A DNA stretch of 60,343 nucleotides from positions 1 to 60,343 of the IMG/VR virus record IMGVR_UViG_3300044898_000090; one strand, written 5' to 3'. Numbering within the stretch: the first letter of the stretch is position 1; the number at the start of each line of letters is the position of its first letter. The translations under genes and the position numbers were made by a program. The stretch is from a virus (taxonomy: Duplodnaviria > Caudoviricetes). The notes below the pieces were generated by a model. That model had not been told where the DNA came from, ran no database searches, and was given only the letters and a program-made list of their open reading frames with translations. Below are positions 28,888 to 38,968 of the stretch, one piece after another.

Positions 28888-29037
28888 TGCTCGACCTCTC
28901 TTTTGCCCGCTCGTAAAGCTCGTCTGTGCGCTCCAGGACCGCTTGGACCCAGACGGCGCGTGAGGGGTCCGGGTCGGTGTAGAGGCCCTCGATGAGTGAT
29001 GGGGCGCCGGCTATGACACAGGTGGCGGCCAGGTCAA

Positions 29038-29547
29038 CTAACCGGCCGCCTCGGATTCCCCCAGGGCCGTCTTGTCGGCCTCCCTGTCCGCGTATGCTTT
29101 CTCGGCCTGGAGCGCGACGAACTGGTCCATCACGTCGAGTTCGCGGCGGAAGATCAGGAACACCGCCTGCCGGTCGTTCTCACACGCGCCGAGACCGAGG
29201 TATTCGGCGAGCGACACGCCGAGGGGCTGCGCGAGCTCGTGGATCTCACCGTCGATGTGTGCCTCGACGCCTACGTTCGCCGCGATGAGATGCTCGGCGG
29301 CGAGGTACAGTTCGCGGTCCTTGCCGCGCTTGACGCCGGTCGCCTCGACTGCGTCGCCGACCGCCCGGGTTTCCGCGAAGTCGAGGATCCGGTAGTGGGC
29401 GTACAGGCCGCCGTAGCCCGGGATCTCGAGCGTGACCTTGTCCTTGATCTGGATGGTCCGGCGGTTGCTCTGTAGCCGCTCCTGGAGTGACTGCGCGGCT
29501 GGCTCGACGGGCTCGTGCGCTCCGGCCTCTATGGACTCGTGTGTCAT
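29038..29547 (-). CDS. Tail assembly chaperone (G); -1 frameshift product extends to 28880
   Basis: Follows the tube gene; GGGGGAA slippery site; -1 frame open to TAA at 28880. Confidence 0.8.
   Translation of the reverse strand: MTHESIEAGAHEPVEPAAQSLQERLQSNRRTIQIKDKVTLEIPGYGGLYAHYRILDFAETRAVGDAVEATGVKRGKDRELYLAAEHLIAANVGVEAHIDGEIHELAQPLGVSLAEYLGLGACENDRQAVFLIFRRELDVMDQFVALQAEKAYADREADKTALGESEAAG
29056..29062 (-). other. Programmed -1 frameshift site GGGGGAA
   Basis: CTG GGG GAA just before the chaperone stop; slippery heptamer known from actinophage chaperones. Confidence 0.75.
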
Positions 29548-29580
29548 GACACCTTTCCGTATCGGGTTTGCGGCGGCGCG

Positions 29581-30054
29581 CTAGCTCAGCGGGCCGTTCG
29601 GGCCGATCGTGAGCTTGAGCATCGCGTCCTGGTTGCTCTCACCGGCCTTGTAGTTGGGTCGCGAGGCGCTGAGCAGCACGCCGGTGTACCCGAAGATCGT
29701 TCCTTGGGGCCGTCCGGGCCCGTTGAGCTGGATGTAGCCCACTTCGATGGGTTCGCCCCCGGCTGCGGCGTCCAGCGCCTTGTAGGCGGCTATGAGGACG
29801 TCTGACCATGCGCGTTCGACGGTGATCTCCGAGCGGATGGGGACGCCTCCGAGGGACACCATGGGCTGCATCCCGCCGGGGTGGACGATCTTGTTCTGCG
29901 CGACGTTGTCGCCGCCGTCGAGGACATCCCATGATTCATCGTCGATCGTGATCGCCGAGAGCTTGACGTGGATCGCTGCTTGGTCCGTCCTGTAATAGCG
30001 CGTGGGACTCACCTTCTTTCCGACTGCCTGATCGGCTAGATTCGAGGTTGTCAT
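29581..30054 (-). CDS. Tail tube protein
   Basis: ~150 aa after the sheath; PGGM....LGG..ITVER..YTGVL; start may be GTG 30012. Confidence 0.75.
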   Translation of the reverse strand: MTTSNLADQAVGKKVSPTRYYRTDQAAIHVKLSAITIDDESWDVLDGGDNVAQNKIVHPGGMQPMVSLGGVPIRSEITVERAWSDVLIAAYKALDAAAGGEPIEVGYIQLNGPGRPQGTIFGYTGVLLSASRPNYKAGESNQDAMLKLTIGPNGPLS

Positions 30055-30670
30055 GAACCCGCCAGAGAAGATTCAGCTCGGCGAGACCTTTGGTCGCTTG
30101 ACAGTCATCGAGCGCCTAGCCACCAAAGGCCGAGAGCGCTATTACCGGTGTCGTTGCCAATGTGGCCAAACGACATCCGTTCGGGGGCGTCACCTGCGGT
30201 CAGGCAACACGAAGAGCTGTGGATGCCTACGGGGAGATGTCGCGGCTACGAAAGCGGCATTGGAAGCACGTAGAGGAGGCCTCTCGCGGCATCTTCTCTA
30301 CAACTGCTGGCGTGCGATGATTGCTCGTTGCGAGCACCCGCACCACCCGAGCTTTCCTCGATATGGCGCTCGTGGGATCTCGGTCTGTGCTGCATGGCGC
30401 ACAGACCCATTTGCCTTCTTTGGATACATGGGCGATCGACCCGCTGGCCACAGCATCGACCGGATCAACAATGACGGCCATTACGAACCCGGAAACGTGC
30501 GGTGGGCTACTCGCAAGCAACAGCAGAACAACATGCATACTCGGACATCGCAGTTCCCGACCGAGAAGATTCGAGCTCGCTATGCCGCCGGGGGCATCAC
30601 GCAGCGCGAACTCGGGACGATCTACGGCACCTCTCCGGCGAACATTTCTCGAATCGTACGCTCCAGCTAG
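30053..30670 (+). CDS. Free-standing HNH homing endonuclease
   Basis: FGRLTVI..CRCQCG..SCGC..YGARGI.VC..W..SIDRINNDGHYEPGNVRWAT..QQNN plus C-terminal HTH. Confidence 0.9.
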   Translation: MNPPEKIQLGETFGRLTVIERLATKGRERYYRCRCQCGQTTSVRGRHLRSGNTKSCGCLRGDVAATKAALEARRGGLSRHLLYNCWRAMIARCEHPHHPSFPRYGARGISVCAAWRTDPFAFFGYMGDRPAGHSIDRINNDGHYEPGNVRWATRKQQQNNMHTRTSQFPTEKIRARYAAGGITQRELGTIYGTSPANISRIVRSS

Positions 30671-30677
30671 AGCGCCC

Positions 30678-32105
30678 CTACAGGGGTTCTGAGGTTGGCG
30701 CGGTCACGAGTTTCAGCCCGACGCGATCCGCGAAGTCGACGATCTTCACAACGAGTTCACCGTTCAGTTCCCCGGCCTGCAGGGATTTGGGTGTGTTGAC
30801 AGGTTCGCCGACGTTCACCGTGCCGGCCTCTTCTACGGTGTCGCCGAAGAGCGCCCCGCTCTCCCAGTGTTCTTTGATGAGGTTCTGCAGCTCCATCTGG
30901 AGCTTGGGGATGCTGGACTTGCGTCCGCCGAGCAGCTTCCGTCGGTAACGCCCGACGATTTCTTCACCTTCGGAGGCGAGCGCCATGCGCTCCCTGGCGG
31001 CGGTCGCCTGCCAGAAGATCGCGTCGACGGTCCGTGACAGCCCGGTGTAGAAGCCCTGGAGGCAGAACACGCCGTTTTCTTCGACGAACGGGTTGATGCC
31101 GGCTTCCTGCAGCAGTTCGGCTTCCGGTTCGGTGAACTGGTTGGTGAGCCCGAGGATGTAGGGGATCGGCCAGTCGGTGCCGGATGGCGCGACGCTGTTG
31201 TTGCCGGCCTTCGCCACGAGCGCGCATAGCCCGGCGAGTACGGCTGAGCCGGCGACGGTGCGTGTGGTGCCGGGCGTGAGGCCGGGGATGATGGCGCTGG
31301 AGGAGTGGAACCCGCCGTAACCGAGGAGGGCCGCTTCGAGTGCTTTCGCGGCGATGAGCGTCGCCGCGGACGGCGCGTCTGCCAGGTCGAACCACGCGAA
31401 CCGGTTGTTTTCCCGGCAGTGCAGCGCCATGCCATTGTGGACGGTGGCGCCGGTCTTACCGGGGCAGATGACCTGCCCTGACCCGAGGGCCTTGGGGAAC
31501 GCCGCGAGCGTCGCCACGAAGGACGCTTCGGTCAGGTCGTTCGCGTCCAGGCCGCCCGCGAGGCTTTTCGCCACGAGTGCCGCCGGGATGTTGGTGGTGA
31601 AGCCCGCTTCCGCTGAGGCGGTGAGTGTCACCCACGCCGACGTCGCGGACCATTCGATCCCCTGCGCCTGCGTAGTGAACTTCGGGGACGTTTCTAGGAC
31701 ACCTTCGGGGCCGATCACCTTGATCGTGTATTCCGCCCCGTTGATGATCACTTCGACCTGCAGGTTGTTGCCGTCGGTGCCGGGTGTCTTGGCGGCCACG
31801 ATGATCGTGGGTTTCGCACCGGCGTCTTTGAGCACCAGTTTCGCGGTCACGGCCGTGTTGTCCGTCACGCGTGCCACGTAGCACTGTGATTCGCCGATCG
31901 CGAGCACCGTCTGGATCGCGTTGTACGCCTTCGCGCTGACCGCGGTGGGCGGCCCGAAGGTCAGGGTGAGCTGCGCCATGCTGCGGATCAGCACGGCGGT
32001 CGCGGGGCCACGGTCGAATTCGCCTGCGACGAACGTGGTCGCGGCGGATGGGAATGGGCCTCTGGCGCCGGCCGTCTCGCCGGTAGTGACTTTGACGTTC
32101 AGCAT
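30678..32105 (-). CDS. Contractile tail sheath protein
   Basis: FVAGEFDRGP..YVARV..AKTPGTDGN..LAGG.D..APSG..LQEAGINP. Confidence 0.9.
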   Translation of the reverse strand: MLNVKVTTGETAGARGPFPSAATTFVAGEFDRGPATAVLIRSMAQLTLTFGPPTAVSAKAYNAIQTVLAIGESQCYVARVTDNTAVTAKLVLKDAGAKPTIIVAAKTPGTDGNNLQVEVIINGAEYTIKVIGPEGVLETSPKFTTQAQGIEWSATSAWVTLTASAEAGFTTNIPAALVAKSLAGGLDANDLTEASFVATLAAFPKALGSGQVICPGKTGATVHNGMALHCRENNRFAWFDLADAPSAATLIAAKALEAALLGYGGFHSSSAIIPGLTPGTTRTVAGSAVLAGLCALVAKAGNNSVAPSGTDWPIPYILGLTNQFTEPEAELLQEAGINPFVEENGVFCLQGFYTGLSRTVDAIFWQATAARERMALASEGEEIVGRYRRKLLGGRKSSIPKLQMELQNLIKEHWESGALFGDTVEEAGTVNVGEPVNTPKSLQAGELNGELVVKIVDFADRVGLKLVTAPTSEPL

Positions 32106-32126
32106 GGGCGCTCCTTTTCTGGGGCT

Positions 32127-32768
32127 CTAGTCGACGGGCTCGGCGGTGACAGTGATGTGCGTCTGGGTGGCGTCCGGCCATTCCGGATACGGCTGTTCGG
32201 GTTCGTGTTCTTCGCCTTCGGGCCCGGGGGTGCCGGGTGGCGTGATCGGCCCGGCCTCAGCTACGACGATCTGTGCGACCCACACGTGGAAGGTGGCGAT
32301 GGAGCGGCATAGCCAGCGGTCTTCGTCGTCTGGCATGTCGAGCTCGGGCGCGGTGATCATGCGGGTGCGCTGCGCGAACCCGCCTAGTTCGCTCTGCTGC
32401 ACGAGCAGCTGGCTGGCGGCGCCGTAGAACGCGGCGCGCATCTGCGCGGCCTGTTCGTCCTCGCCCTCGCAGACACAGCCGACTTGCACCTCGTACCGTT
32501 GCGTGTAGCCGACGGACGCGTTGACCTCCGGGTCCCCGGAGGGTTTGCTGACGACGATGACGGCGGGGAGGTCGTCCTCCTCGTAGTACTCGAAGTCGAG
32601 GGCGCGGCGGAACGATTCCTCGCTGGGCGGCCGGGGGATCGTCTTGCCCGGCACGTTGTTCTGGCGCTCGACCTCGGCTAGGTATTCATCCCACCAGAGG
32701 CTGAGGGTCGCGAGGACCGCCTGGTCGACGTTCCACGTGGACAGCAGAGGCCCAAAGATGGACTCCAT
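32127..32768 (-). CDS. Tail completion/terminator protein
   Basis: Directly upstream of the sheath; LPAVIVV. Confidence 0.55.
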   Translation of the reverse strand: MESIFGPLLSTWNVDQAVLATLSLWWDEYLAEVERQNNVPGKTIPRPPSEESFRRALDFEYYEEDDLPAVIVVSKPSGDPEVNASVGYTQRYEVQVGCVCEGEDEQAAQMRAAFYGAASQLLVQQSELGGFAQRTRMITAPELDMPDDEDRWLCRSIATFHVWVAQIVVAEAGPITPPGTPGPEGEEHEPEQPYPEWPDATQTHITVTAEPVD

Positions 32769-32784
32769 CGGGCCTCCTTCGGGG

Positions 32785-33759
32785 TTATGCGATCGACGGG
32801 AACGCCCGGTTCGGGGTGAGCAGCTCCAGGCACCTGCCGGGGAGGAAGAAGCCGAGCGCCGCCGCCCCCGTTTCGAGAGCGTCCGCCTGCGCTCGCTTGC
32901 CCTTCCCGGTGTCCTGCGTCGAGCGGTAGTTCACGCGGATGGCCTCCTTGGCGGCCATCTTCACGTTCTCCGGTATTTCTTCCTGGCCAGCCTCGTACAC
33001 GAGATGCACTTGCTGGTTGCCGCGCTGAGCGTCGAACGGGAACACCATCGTCCCGCCGCCGGCGGTGCGACGGGTCACGATCCCGTGCACCGGGTCGAGC
33101 ATCACACTGTAGATCTGCCCTTGGGCGGGGGTGCCGATGATCGCGAGGTCATACTCGATGGGCCCGCGGTACTCGCTGGCGGCCAGGAGGCGAAGGATGG
33201 GCCTGGCGCCATATCCGGTGCTCGGCTTGTGCGGGAGGGCGATGGTGGCGTGGCCGCCGTTGAACCATTCGTCGTACACGGTGGGGATGACCGGACCGAT
33301 CTCCGCTTCGATGAGCGGGGCGACAGCACGGATGTGCTCCATGAGCTTCGTGTCGTGGGCCCGGTCCGCCGGGTCGATGTTGAGATACTCCAGGACCTCG
33401 GGTAGCCCGACGATCATGCCGGCACCGGAGGTGAGGTTCGGCTGGACTTGGATCCACAGGTAGCCGACGGTCGGGAACGTCATTTCGCCGCCGTCGCTGA
33501 ACACGACACGCCAGCTCCCCATGTACATGCCGGGGCTCGCGGTGTCCGCCGCGGTCGGGGAGTACAGGACGCCACCCTCCGTGGGTTCAGTGACGCCGAC
33601 CGTCCCCGTGAGCTTCACCGGCGCCGCGGCCGTCAGGTCGCGCATCGTAAGCGTCACCGTCGCGCCCGCCAGGTTGACCGCGGTCCCGTCGCTGTACTTG
33701 AGGTTATCCAGCAGGAACGGCTCCGTGTCCCCCTGGACGATCGTGAAGTCGGCCGGCAT
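32785..33759 (-). CDS. BppU-N-like domain fused to head-tail adaptor
   Basis: IVQGDT..AVNLAGATV..FPT.GY, then LPEVLEYLNI..YEAG..IPENVK.A. Confidence 0.7.
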   Translation of the reverse strand: MPADFTIVQGDTEPFLLDNLKYSDGTAVNLAGATVTLTMRDLTAAAPVKLTGTVGVTEPTEGGVLYSPTAADTASPGMYMGSWRVVFSDGGEMTFPTVGYLWIQVQPNLTSGAGMIVGLPEVLEYLNIDPADRAHDTKLMEHIRAVAPLIEAEIGPVIPTVYDEWFNGGHATIALPHKPSTGYGARPILRLLAASEYRGPIEYDLAIIGTPAQGQIYSVMLDPVHGIVTRRTAGGGTMVFPFDAQRGNQQVHLVYEAGQEEIPENVKMAAKEAIRVNYRSTQDTGKGKRAQADALETGAAALGFFLPGRCLELLTPNRAFPSIA

Positions 33760-33879
33760 TATCGGCCTTAGAGCGTCCGGCCGTCGTGCAGATCGTCGGG
33801 GTGGGAAAGCACGTTCTTGATGAGCACTCGCGTGCCCTCCTTTCGATGAGTGGCTAGGACCTACTTAAAGCTCTGAGGG

Positions 33880-36234
33880 TCAGCCGACGACTCGGACGAT
33901 CACGAAGCCGGAGCCGCCGTCGCCGCCTTTACCGCCCGCGCCCGGGCCTGCGCCTGCGTTCCAGGCGCCGCCGCCGCCGCCACCACCACCTGCTGAGGTG
34001 TTGGCTTCGGCGCTCGCGCCGGGTTCACCGGCCGTCGTAGCGGAGCTACCGGCCGTCCCCCCAGCGCCGCCGACAGTCTTCGAGCCCGCCGCGCTCGCGC
34101 CACCGCCTAGAGTCGCTGAGGATGTGCCGCCGCCGCCTCCTCCGCCGCCGGTCCAGCCCCAAGGGACGCCGCCTGCTTTACCGGAGCCGCCACCTTCAGC
34201 CGCCTGGTTCTGTTCAAACGTGCGCGTGTTGCCGCTCTGGTTTCCGAAGATCACCGCGAGCACGTTGGCCGCGCTGTTCGCGCCGCTGCCCTGACCTCGA
34301 CCGTCGGCCTTCGCTACAACGGCGATCCCCGTGCCGGTGACGGTCGTGTCTTTGCCCGCTTCTGCAGTTGACCCGGCTTTGCCTCCCGCCGCGCCACCGG
34401 CTCCGCCTTTGCCACCGGCACCCACTTTGATGTCCAGGGTCGTGTTCGCGCCGACCGTCACGACCTGCGTCGTGTAGCCCCCAGCCGTGCCGCCTGCGCC
34501 GCCCTTTTGTTCAGCGGTCGCCGAGGACGACCCGCCGCCTCCACCGCCTCCGCCGCCGCCGACGGCTGTGATCTCGAGCGTTTTGGCGTTATTGGGGATC
34601 GGCCATGCTGCGTTGGTGGCTGTCACGATCGTCGTGATCCCGAAGATGTCCCCTACTTCTTTTGGGGTCGCCGTGACGTCCTGCCGCGCGAAGTTCAACC
34701 CACCGGAGACGGTCAGTGCGCCGGAGACCTTGCCGACAAACGCGACCACCCGGCCGTAATGGCAGGTGCCGTAGAGCACGTTGTTGGCGTCGAGGAGGTG
34801 TTTTTCGGTTTTGAACCATTCGCTGGCTTTGCCGTCCTCGATGTCCCACAGGGCAATGACAAGCTGCGCCGGGTTCGCGGTCGGGAGAGAGATCGCGCCT
34901 TCCGTCGGAGACCAGCTCGCGATGTGGTTGTTGCAATGCTGCGTATCGAGGCGGTCCAGATAGGCCGAGTGGCCGTCGTTGCCCGCATACTGTTCGTTGC
35001 CGGTGATCCCTAGGCCGACAACGCATTCGGTGGCGGTGACTTTGTCGGCGTAGCCGAGGGCCGAGTTCATCACGACCCCGACATAACAGCCGTGGCCGGT
35101 GACCTGCCCTATGTTCATGCTGCCGTTGTCGCTCTCGGGGAGGCGAATCCCAAAGCTCCAAACGTGTGTCGGCTGGCCGCCCGCTGAGGCCGTCACGTTG
35201 TCCATGCCGAAGATCTTGCCGACACGCGACAGGTCGATCCCGCCGATCGTGGGGTTTACCGGGAGCTGCACCGTGATCCCGTACATCTCGATCTGGGCGC
35301 GGGAGAAGTTCGCGTTTTTGCCCAGCACCTCCGACGTCGGGCCGCCGATTACTGACGGGGCGCCGTGTTCGGCGGAGTAGGTGCAGGCCGGCCCTTCGTA
35401 TTTGATGTTGGTCCCACCGACCGCGCCTTCAATGCGGATCTGCGTGACCGGGCCACCAGCTTTGTAGTTCGGGAAGCACACGCAGGCGTTGCCGCCGTAG
35501 TCAGTGCGGGGTGCCGACGTGATGTGGTATTCGAGGCCGAGGATGATGCGGGCCTTGGGAACCGCCGCCGCGGCGTCCCAGCATTCCTGGAGCGCTTTCG
35601 CGTCGTCCGCTGTCGTCCCAGCGCCGTAGTCCTCGGGGCGGAATAACGCCCAGCCAGTAACGGCCGTGAGCGGCAACTCCGCAGCGGGTAGCCTCGTGCC
35701 GTCGTCGAGTGTCGCTACCCCGCCTGCCGCCCCCTTCTGTGAGAGGGGGACCGAGGCGGCTTGTGCGGCTGCTGCTGCCCCTGCTGTGTCGAAGTCGGTT
35801 GCGGGGTGTGTCGCGGCGGAGCCAAGGCCGAGGTTGGTTCGGGCTGTGGCGGCGTTGGGGAGGTCTGAGAGGTTGGATGCTTTGGCGAGCTTTCCGCCCT
35901 CGGCCGCTTCTGCCCGGGCCTGCTCTGTCGTGGCGCTCCCGGCAGCGTCAAAATCGGTTGAGGCGTGTGTGGCGGCCGTTCCTAGTCCGAGGCTGGCGCG
36001 AGCGGTCACGGCATTGGCAACATCGGAGAGGTTCGCGGCCTTGACGAGGAGGGTCCCCTCGGCGGTTTCTGCCCGGGTGCGCTCGGCGGCGATCGCCGCG
36101 AGTCGCGCGGTGGCCTCAGCGACGACCTGGCTGTCGGTGTATGCGCCGGAGGCGGCGTGCATCGCCTCGAGGTTCGCGGTGTCAATGTCGGGCGGGGCGT
36201 TGTCGTTCCAGCCGAAGGGGCTAATCGGGCTCAA
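33880..36234 (-). CDS. Virion appendage: NLSD repeats, beta-helix-like domain, Gly-rich C-terminus
   Basis: NLSD..ARxxLGLG.AATH twice; EDYGA..DD..ALQ; VGGGGGGG..GG.GFVIV. Confidence 0.75.
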   Translation of the reverse strand: MSPISPFGWNDNAPPDIDTANLEAMHAASGAYTDSQVVAEATARLAAIAAERTRAETAEGTLLVKAANLSDVANAVTARASLGLGTAATHASTDFDAAGSATTEQARAEAAEGGKLAKASNLSDLPNAATARTNLGLGSAATHPATDFDTAGAAAAAQAASVPLSQKGAAGGVATLDDGTRLPAAELPLTAVTGWALFRPEDYGAGTTADDAKALQECWDAAAAVPKARIILGLEYHITSAPRTDYGGNACVCFPNYKAGGPVTQIRIEGAVGGTNIKYEGPACTYSAEHGAPSVIGGPTSEVLGKNANFSRAQIEMYGITVQLPVNPTIGGIDLSRVGKIFGMDNVTASAGGQPTHVWSFGIRLPESDNGSMNIGQVTGHGCYVGVVMNSALGYADKVTATECVVGLGITGNEQYAGNDGHSAYLDRLDTQHCNNHIASWSPTEGAISLPTANPAQLVIALWDIEDGKASEWFKTEKHLLDANNVLYGTCHYGRVVAFVGKVSGALTVSGGLNFARQDVTATPKEVGDIFGITTIVTATNAAWPIPNNAKTLEITAVGGGGGGGGGGSSSATAEQKGGAGGTAGGYTTQVVTVGANTTLDIKVGAGGKGGAGGAAGGKAGSTAEAGKDTTVTGTGIAVVAKADGRGQGSGANSAANVLAVIFGNQSGNTRTFEQNQAAEGGGSGKAGGVPWGWTGGGGGGGGTSSATLGGGASAAGSKTVGGAGGTAGSSATTAGEPGASAEANTSAGGGGGGGGAWNAGAGPGAGGKGGDGGSGFVIVRVVG

Positions 36235-37624
36235 TGGTGTCTCTCCTTGGGTACAGCCCGATCCTTGGGTAGAGCCCTTTGCGGGGTCGCAGCCCGATGG
36301 CGATGCGGTGTCCGTGGCGGGGGGCGACGAGACCGGCGGCCTCGGCTGGGGTGACCGTCCCGGCTTTCTGCCGTGGGTTGACGAGGCCGGGGAGCGTGAT
36401 GATCCGTGACGGGGTGCCGATCGTGACGGTGCAGACCGCGCTGGAGGTGCTCGACGCGGGGTTCAGGGGAACCTGGGTGGCGGCGGTGAGCCCCATCGTC
36501 GCGGAGCTCGTGCTCGCTGCTGGCGAGAGCGGCACCTGTGTCGCGGCCGTGAGGGACATCGATGCCGCGCTCGTCGACACGGCGGGGTTCAACGGCACGA
36601 CAGTGGGCGTGCTGCCGACCGTGACGGTTGCCTGCGCCGAGCTGGTGCTGGACGCTGGCTGCAACGGGATCTGGGTCGCGGCGCTGACCGCCATTGACGC
36701 GGAGCTCGTGCTGGATGCCGGGGACAGGGGGATCTGTGTAGCGGCGGTGACTGCGGCGGACGCGGAGCTCGCGCTGACCGCGGGCGATAGCGGGACCTGC
36801 GTGGCGGCGGTCACGGCCGCTGTGGCGGCGCTCGCGCTCGCGGCGGCCTGCAGGGGTATCTGCGTGGCGGCGCTCACAGCCGCGCTGGCGGCCGAGGAGG
36901 ACGCTGCGGGGCTCAGGGGGACCTGTGTTGCTGCCGTGACCGCCATTGAGGCTGAGGACGACGAGGACGCGGGGTTCAAAGGGATCGCTACGCCGGTCGC
37001 GGCTGGTTTGATCGCGACGACGAGTATCCCGGCGCCTTTAGACGTTTCCCAGTTCGCGGTGAACGTCACCGCCGCGAGGGTCGTCCCGGGGATGTAGGAG
37101 CCCGCCATGCAGCGCGTCGAGGCGGTTTCGACGTTCGTCATCGGCCCGGTGCCGGTCCACGCGCTAATCGTGCCCGTCGCCGCCGCCCCGTCACTCACCG
37201 CGGCGAGGACAATGTCGCCGGCGTCGGTGGTCGTGATCGCGTTCGACGTGATCGTTTTCACAGACACGGCGTTGTCTTTGTTGTTGATGACGTCGACCGT
37301 TTCGGACGCGCCTGACAGCTCGAAGTAGGAGATGCCCTGTATCGCGCCGCCCGCCCCCACCGTCGGGTTTAGTTCCGTCTCACCACCGACGGCGATCTTC
37401 ATCGCAACCCACAGCGAGTTAGCGGACGCCGCGTTTAGCGCCTTCGTGGCGTTCACCGTCCAGCCCGTCGAGCCGCTTTTCTGGTCTTTGCCCGTCGGGG
37501 CCGACACGGATGCGGTCTGTGAGATGAACGCGACCAGCAGGTTCCCAGCCGTCGCGCTCGTGATGGTGAGCGTCGAAGCTACCGCCGACCCGGTCTGCTT
37601 CTTGTTGACGACCGCAGCGGCCAT
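36221..37624 (-). CDS. Virion fiber-like protein with nine ~21-aa repeats
   Basis: Q(V/I)PL.PA.S.S.AS...TAAT repeats; GLYP repeats at the C-terminus. Confidence 0.75.
   Translation of the reverse strand: MAAAVVNKKQTGSAVASTLTITSATAGNLLVAFISQTASVSAPTGKDQKSGSTGWTVNATKALNAASANSLWVAMKIAVGGETELNPTVGAGGAIQGISYFELSGASETVDVINNKDNAVSVKTITSNAITTTDAGDIVLAAVSDGAAATGTISAWTGTGPMTNVETASTRCMAGSYIPGTTLAAVTFTANWETSKGAGILVVAIKPAATGVAIPLNPASSSSSASMAVTAATQVPLSPAASSSAASAAVSAATQIPLQAAASASAATAAVTAATQVPLSPAVSASSASAAVTAATQIPLSPASSTSSASMAVSAATQIPLQPASSTSSAQATVTVGSTPTVVPLNPAVSTSAASMSLTAATQVPLSPAASTSSATMGLTAATQVPLNPASSTSSAVCTVTIGTPSRIITLPGLVNPRQKAGTVTPAEAAGLVAPRHGHRIAIGLRPRKGLYPRIGLYPRRDTIEPD
36415..36990. repeat. Degenerate ~63-bp coding tandem repeats (9 units)
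   Basis: Seen in the translation. Confidence 0.8.
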
Positions 37625-37644
37625 TGGGCGTCACCGCCTCGGTG

Positions 37645-38193
37645 CTATTTGAGTTCGCCCTTCAGGACTTTCGCGGCGATAACCGGAGGCGTCTGGGTGG
37701 AGCTGATCACGGTCGACGTGGCGGTTCCCCACATGACGATGTTGCACGCTTCCGCGCGTTTCTTTTCGGGGGTCGCCCAGCCCGTGACGGTCTTTTCCAG
37801 GGCGGTGCATGCGGCGAAGATGAGTTCCAGTTCGTTTTCGATGGTGGAGATGGCGGCCTTCGTCAGTTTGAATTTGGTGAGGTCGAGTTTGAGCCGCACA
37901 TAACCGGTGTAGGTCGCCTCGGACGCTTCGATGGATTCCCCGGTCGAGGACGCGGTTGGGACGGAGGTGCAGAGCGCGAGGTACAGTTCGGCGGGCATCG
38001 TGAAGGATGTCTTGCCCCACATGTGGCCGAGCGTCTTTTCGGAGATCGCTTCACTGAAACCCGACAGCAGCCGGACCGTGCTGTAGAGCAGGATCGCGAT
38101 GTTCAGTACCGCGAGCTGGCGCACCCATGCGAAGCCGGAGGCCTGTGGTCGCAGCAGCATCCGGGTGAGTGCGCGTAGTAGCCGGCGGCGCAT
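37645..38193 (-). CDS. Minor virion/fiber protein
   Basis: LYLALCT..P..E..YTGYVR..IF motif. Confidence 0.65.
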   Translation of the reverse strand: MRRRLLRALTRMLLRPQASGFAWVRQLAVLNIAILLYSTVRLLSGFSEAISEKTLGHMWGKTSFTMPAELYLALCTSVPTASSTGESIEASEATYTGYVRLKLDLTKFKLTKAAISTIENELELIFAACTALEKTVTGWATPEKKRAEACNIVMWGTATSTVISSTQTPPVIAAKVLKGELK

Positions 38194-38570
38194 CACGCGG
38201 CACCCATGCTGGACTCGGCTACCGCCGGGTTCAGGTCGACCTGCACGGGGCCCGGCACCTGGTCCTCGGCTTCTGAAGGGCCTGTCAGTGTCTCGAACCC
38301 GGCTTGTGTCATCCGCCACCCGTCGCGCTCTTCCGCAAACCCACGCGAAGCGAGGACCTGCAGCGTCTGCAGGCACTCCGCTTCGGTGAGGGAGCGGCCC
38401 TGGACCTTGGTGCTCGCGTCCTGGGCGAGCCTGGCGGTGAAGTCGGGGAGACTGTAGGAGCGGATGCTGACGTCCGGGCCGCCCTCGTTCTCCACCAGCC
38501 ATGCCTCGTCGGCGTGCCAGACGGGGAGGTGTGCGAGTACCCGGCGTTCGATGTTGGTGAGCTGGGGCAT
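38193..38570 (-). CDS. Hypothetical protein
   Basis: AGGAG RBS; coupled. Confidence 0.6.
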   Translation of the reverse strand: MPQLTNIERRVLAHLPVWHADEAWLVENEGGPDVSIRSYSLPDFTARLAQDASTKVQGRSLTEAECLQTLQVLASRGFAEERDGWRMTQAGFETLTGPSEAEDQVPGPVQVDLNPAVAESSMGAA

Positions 38571-38586
38571 GCGGGCTCCTCTGGGA

Positions 38587-38937
38587 CTAGATGAACGACA
38601 GCTCGAAGGCGTTGCTGGCGGCGGCCGCGTTGAGGATGAGGCTGGTGACGCCTGGCGCGATCGCGAAGACCGCGTAGCCGGTGAGACCGAGCGGCAGGCC
38701 GGTGTCACCGGGGTTCAGGTTGGTGCGGAGCTTCACCGCGACGGCGTTCGTGACGGGCAGCGCGACGAGGACGGCGGTGGCGCCTTCGGGTACCGGGATC
38801 GTGTTATCCCCGGTTTTGAGGTTGATGTCGAGGATCTCCCCGACGGGGGCGCCACTGGTCATCGTGAGCGGCCCGATGATCTTCTGCCCGGTCAGCAGGC
38901 CCGCTGACATGCCGCCGATGGTCAGTGACCCCGACAT
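38587..38937 (-). CDS. Hypothetical virion protein
   Basis: 116 aa, beta-rich. Confidence 0.6.
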   Translation of the reverse strand: MSGSLTIGGMSAGLLTGQKIIGPLTMTSGAPVGEILDINLKTGDNTIPVPEGATAVLVALPVTNAVAVKLRTNLNPGDTGLPLGLTGYAVFAIAPGVTSLILNAAAASNAFELSFI

Positions 38938-38968
38938 CAGATGGCCCTCGGCTGGTTGCCGCGGTGGA

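Noticed and set aside
18464-37624. Diversity-generating retroelement or invertible fiber cassette
   Set aside because: No reverse transcriptase, TR/VR pair or invertase recognised.
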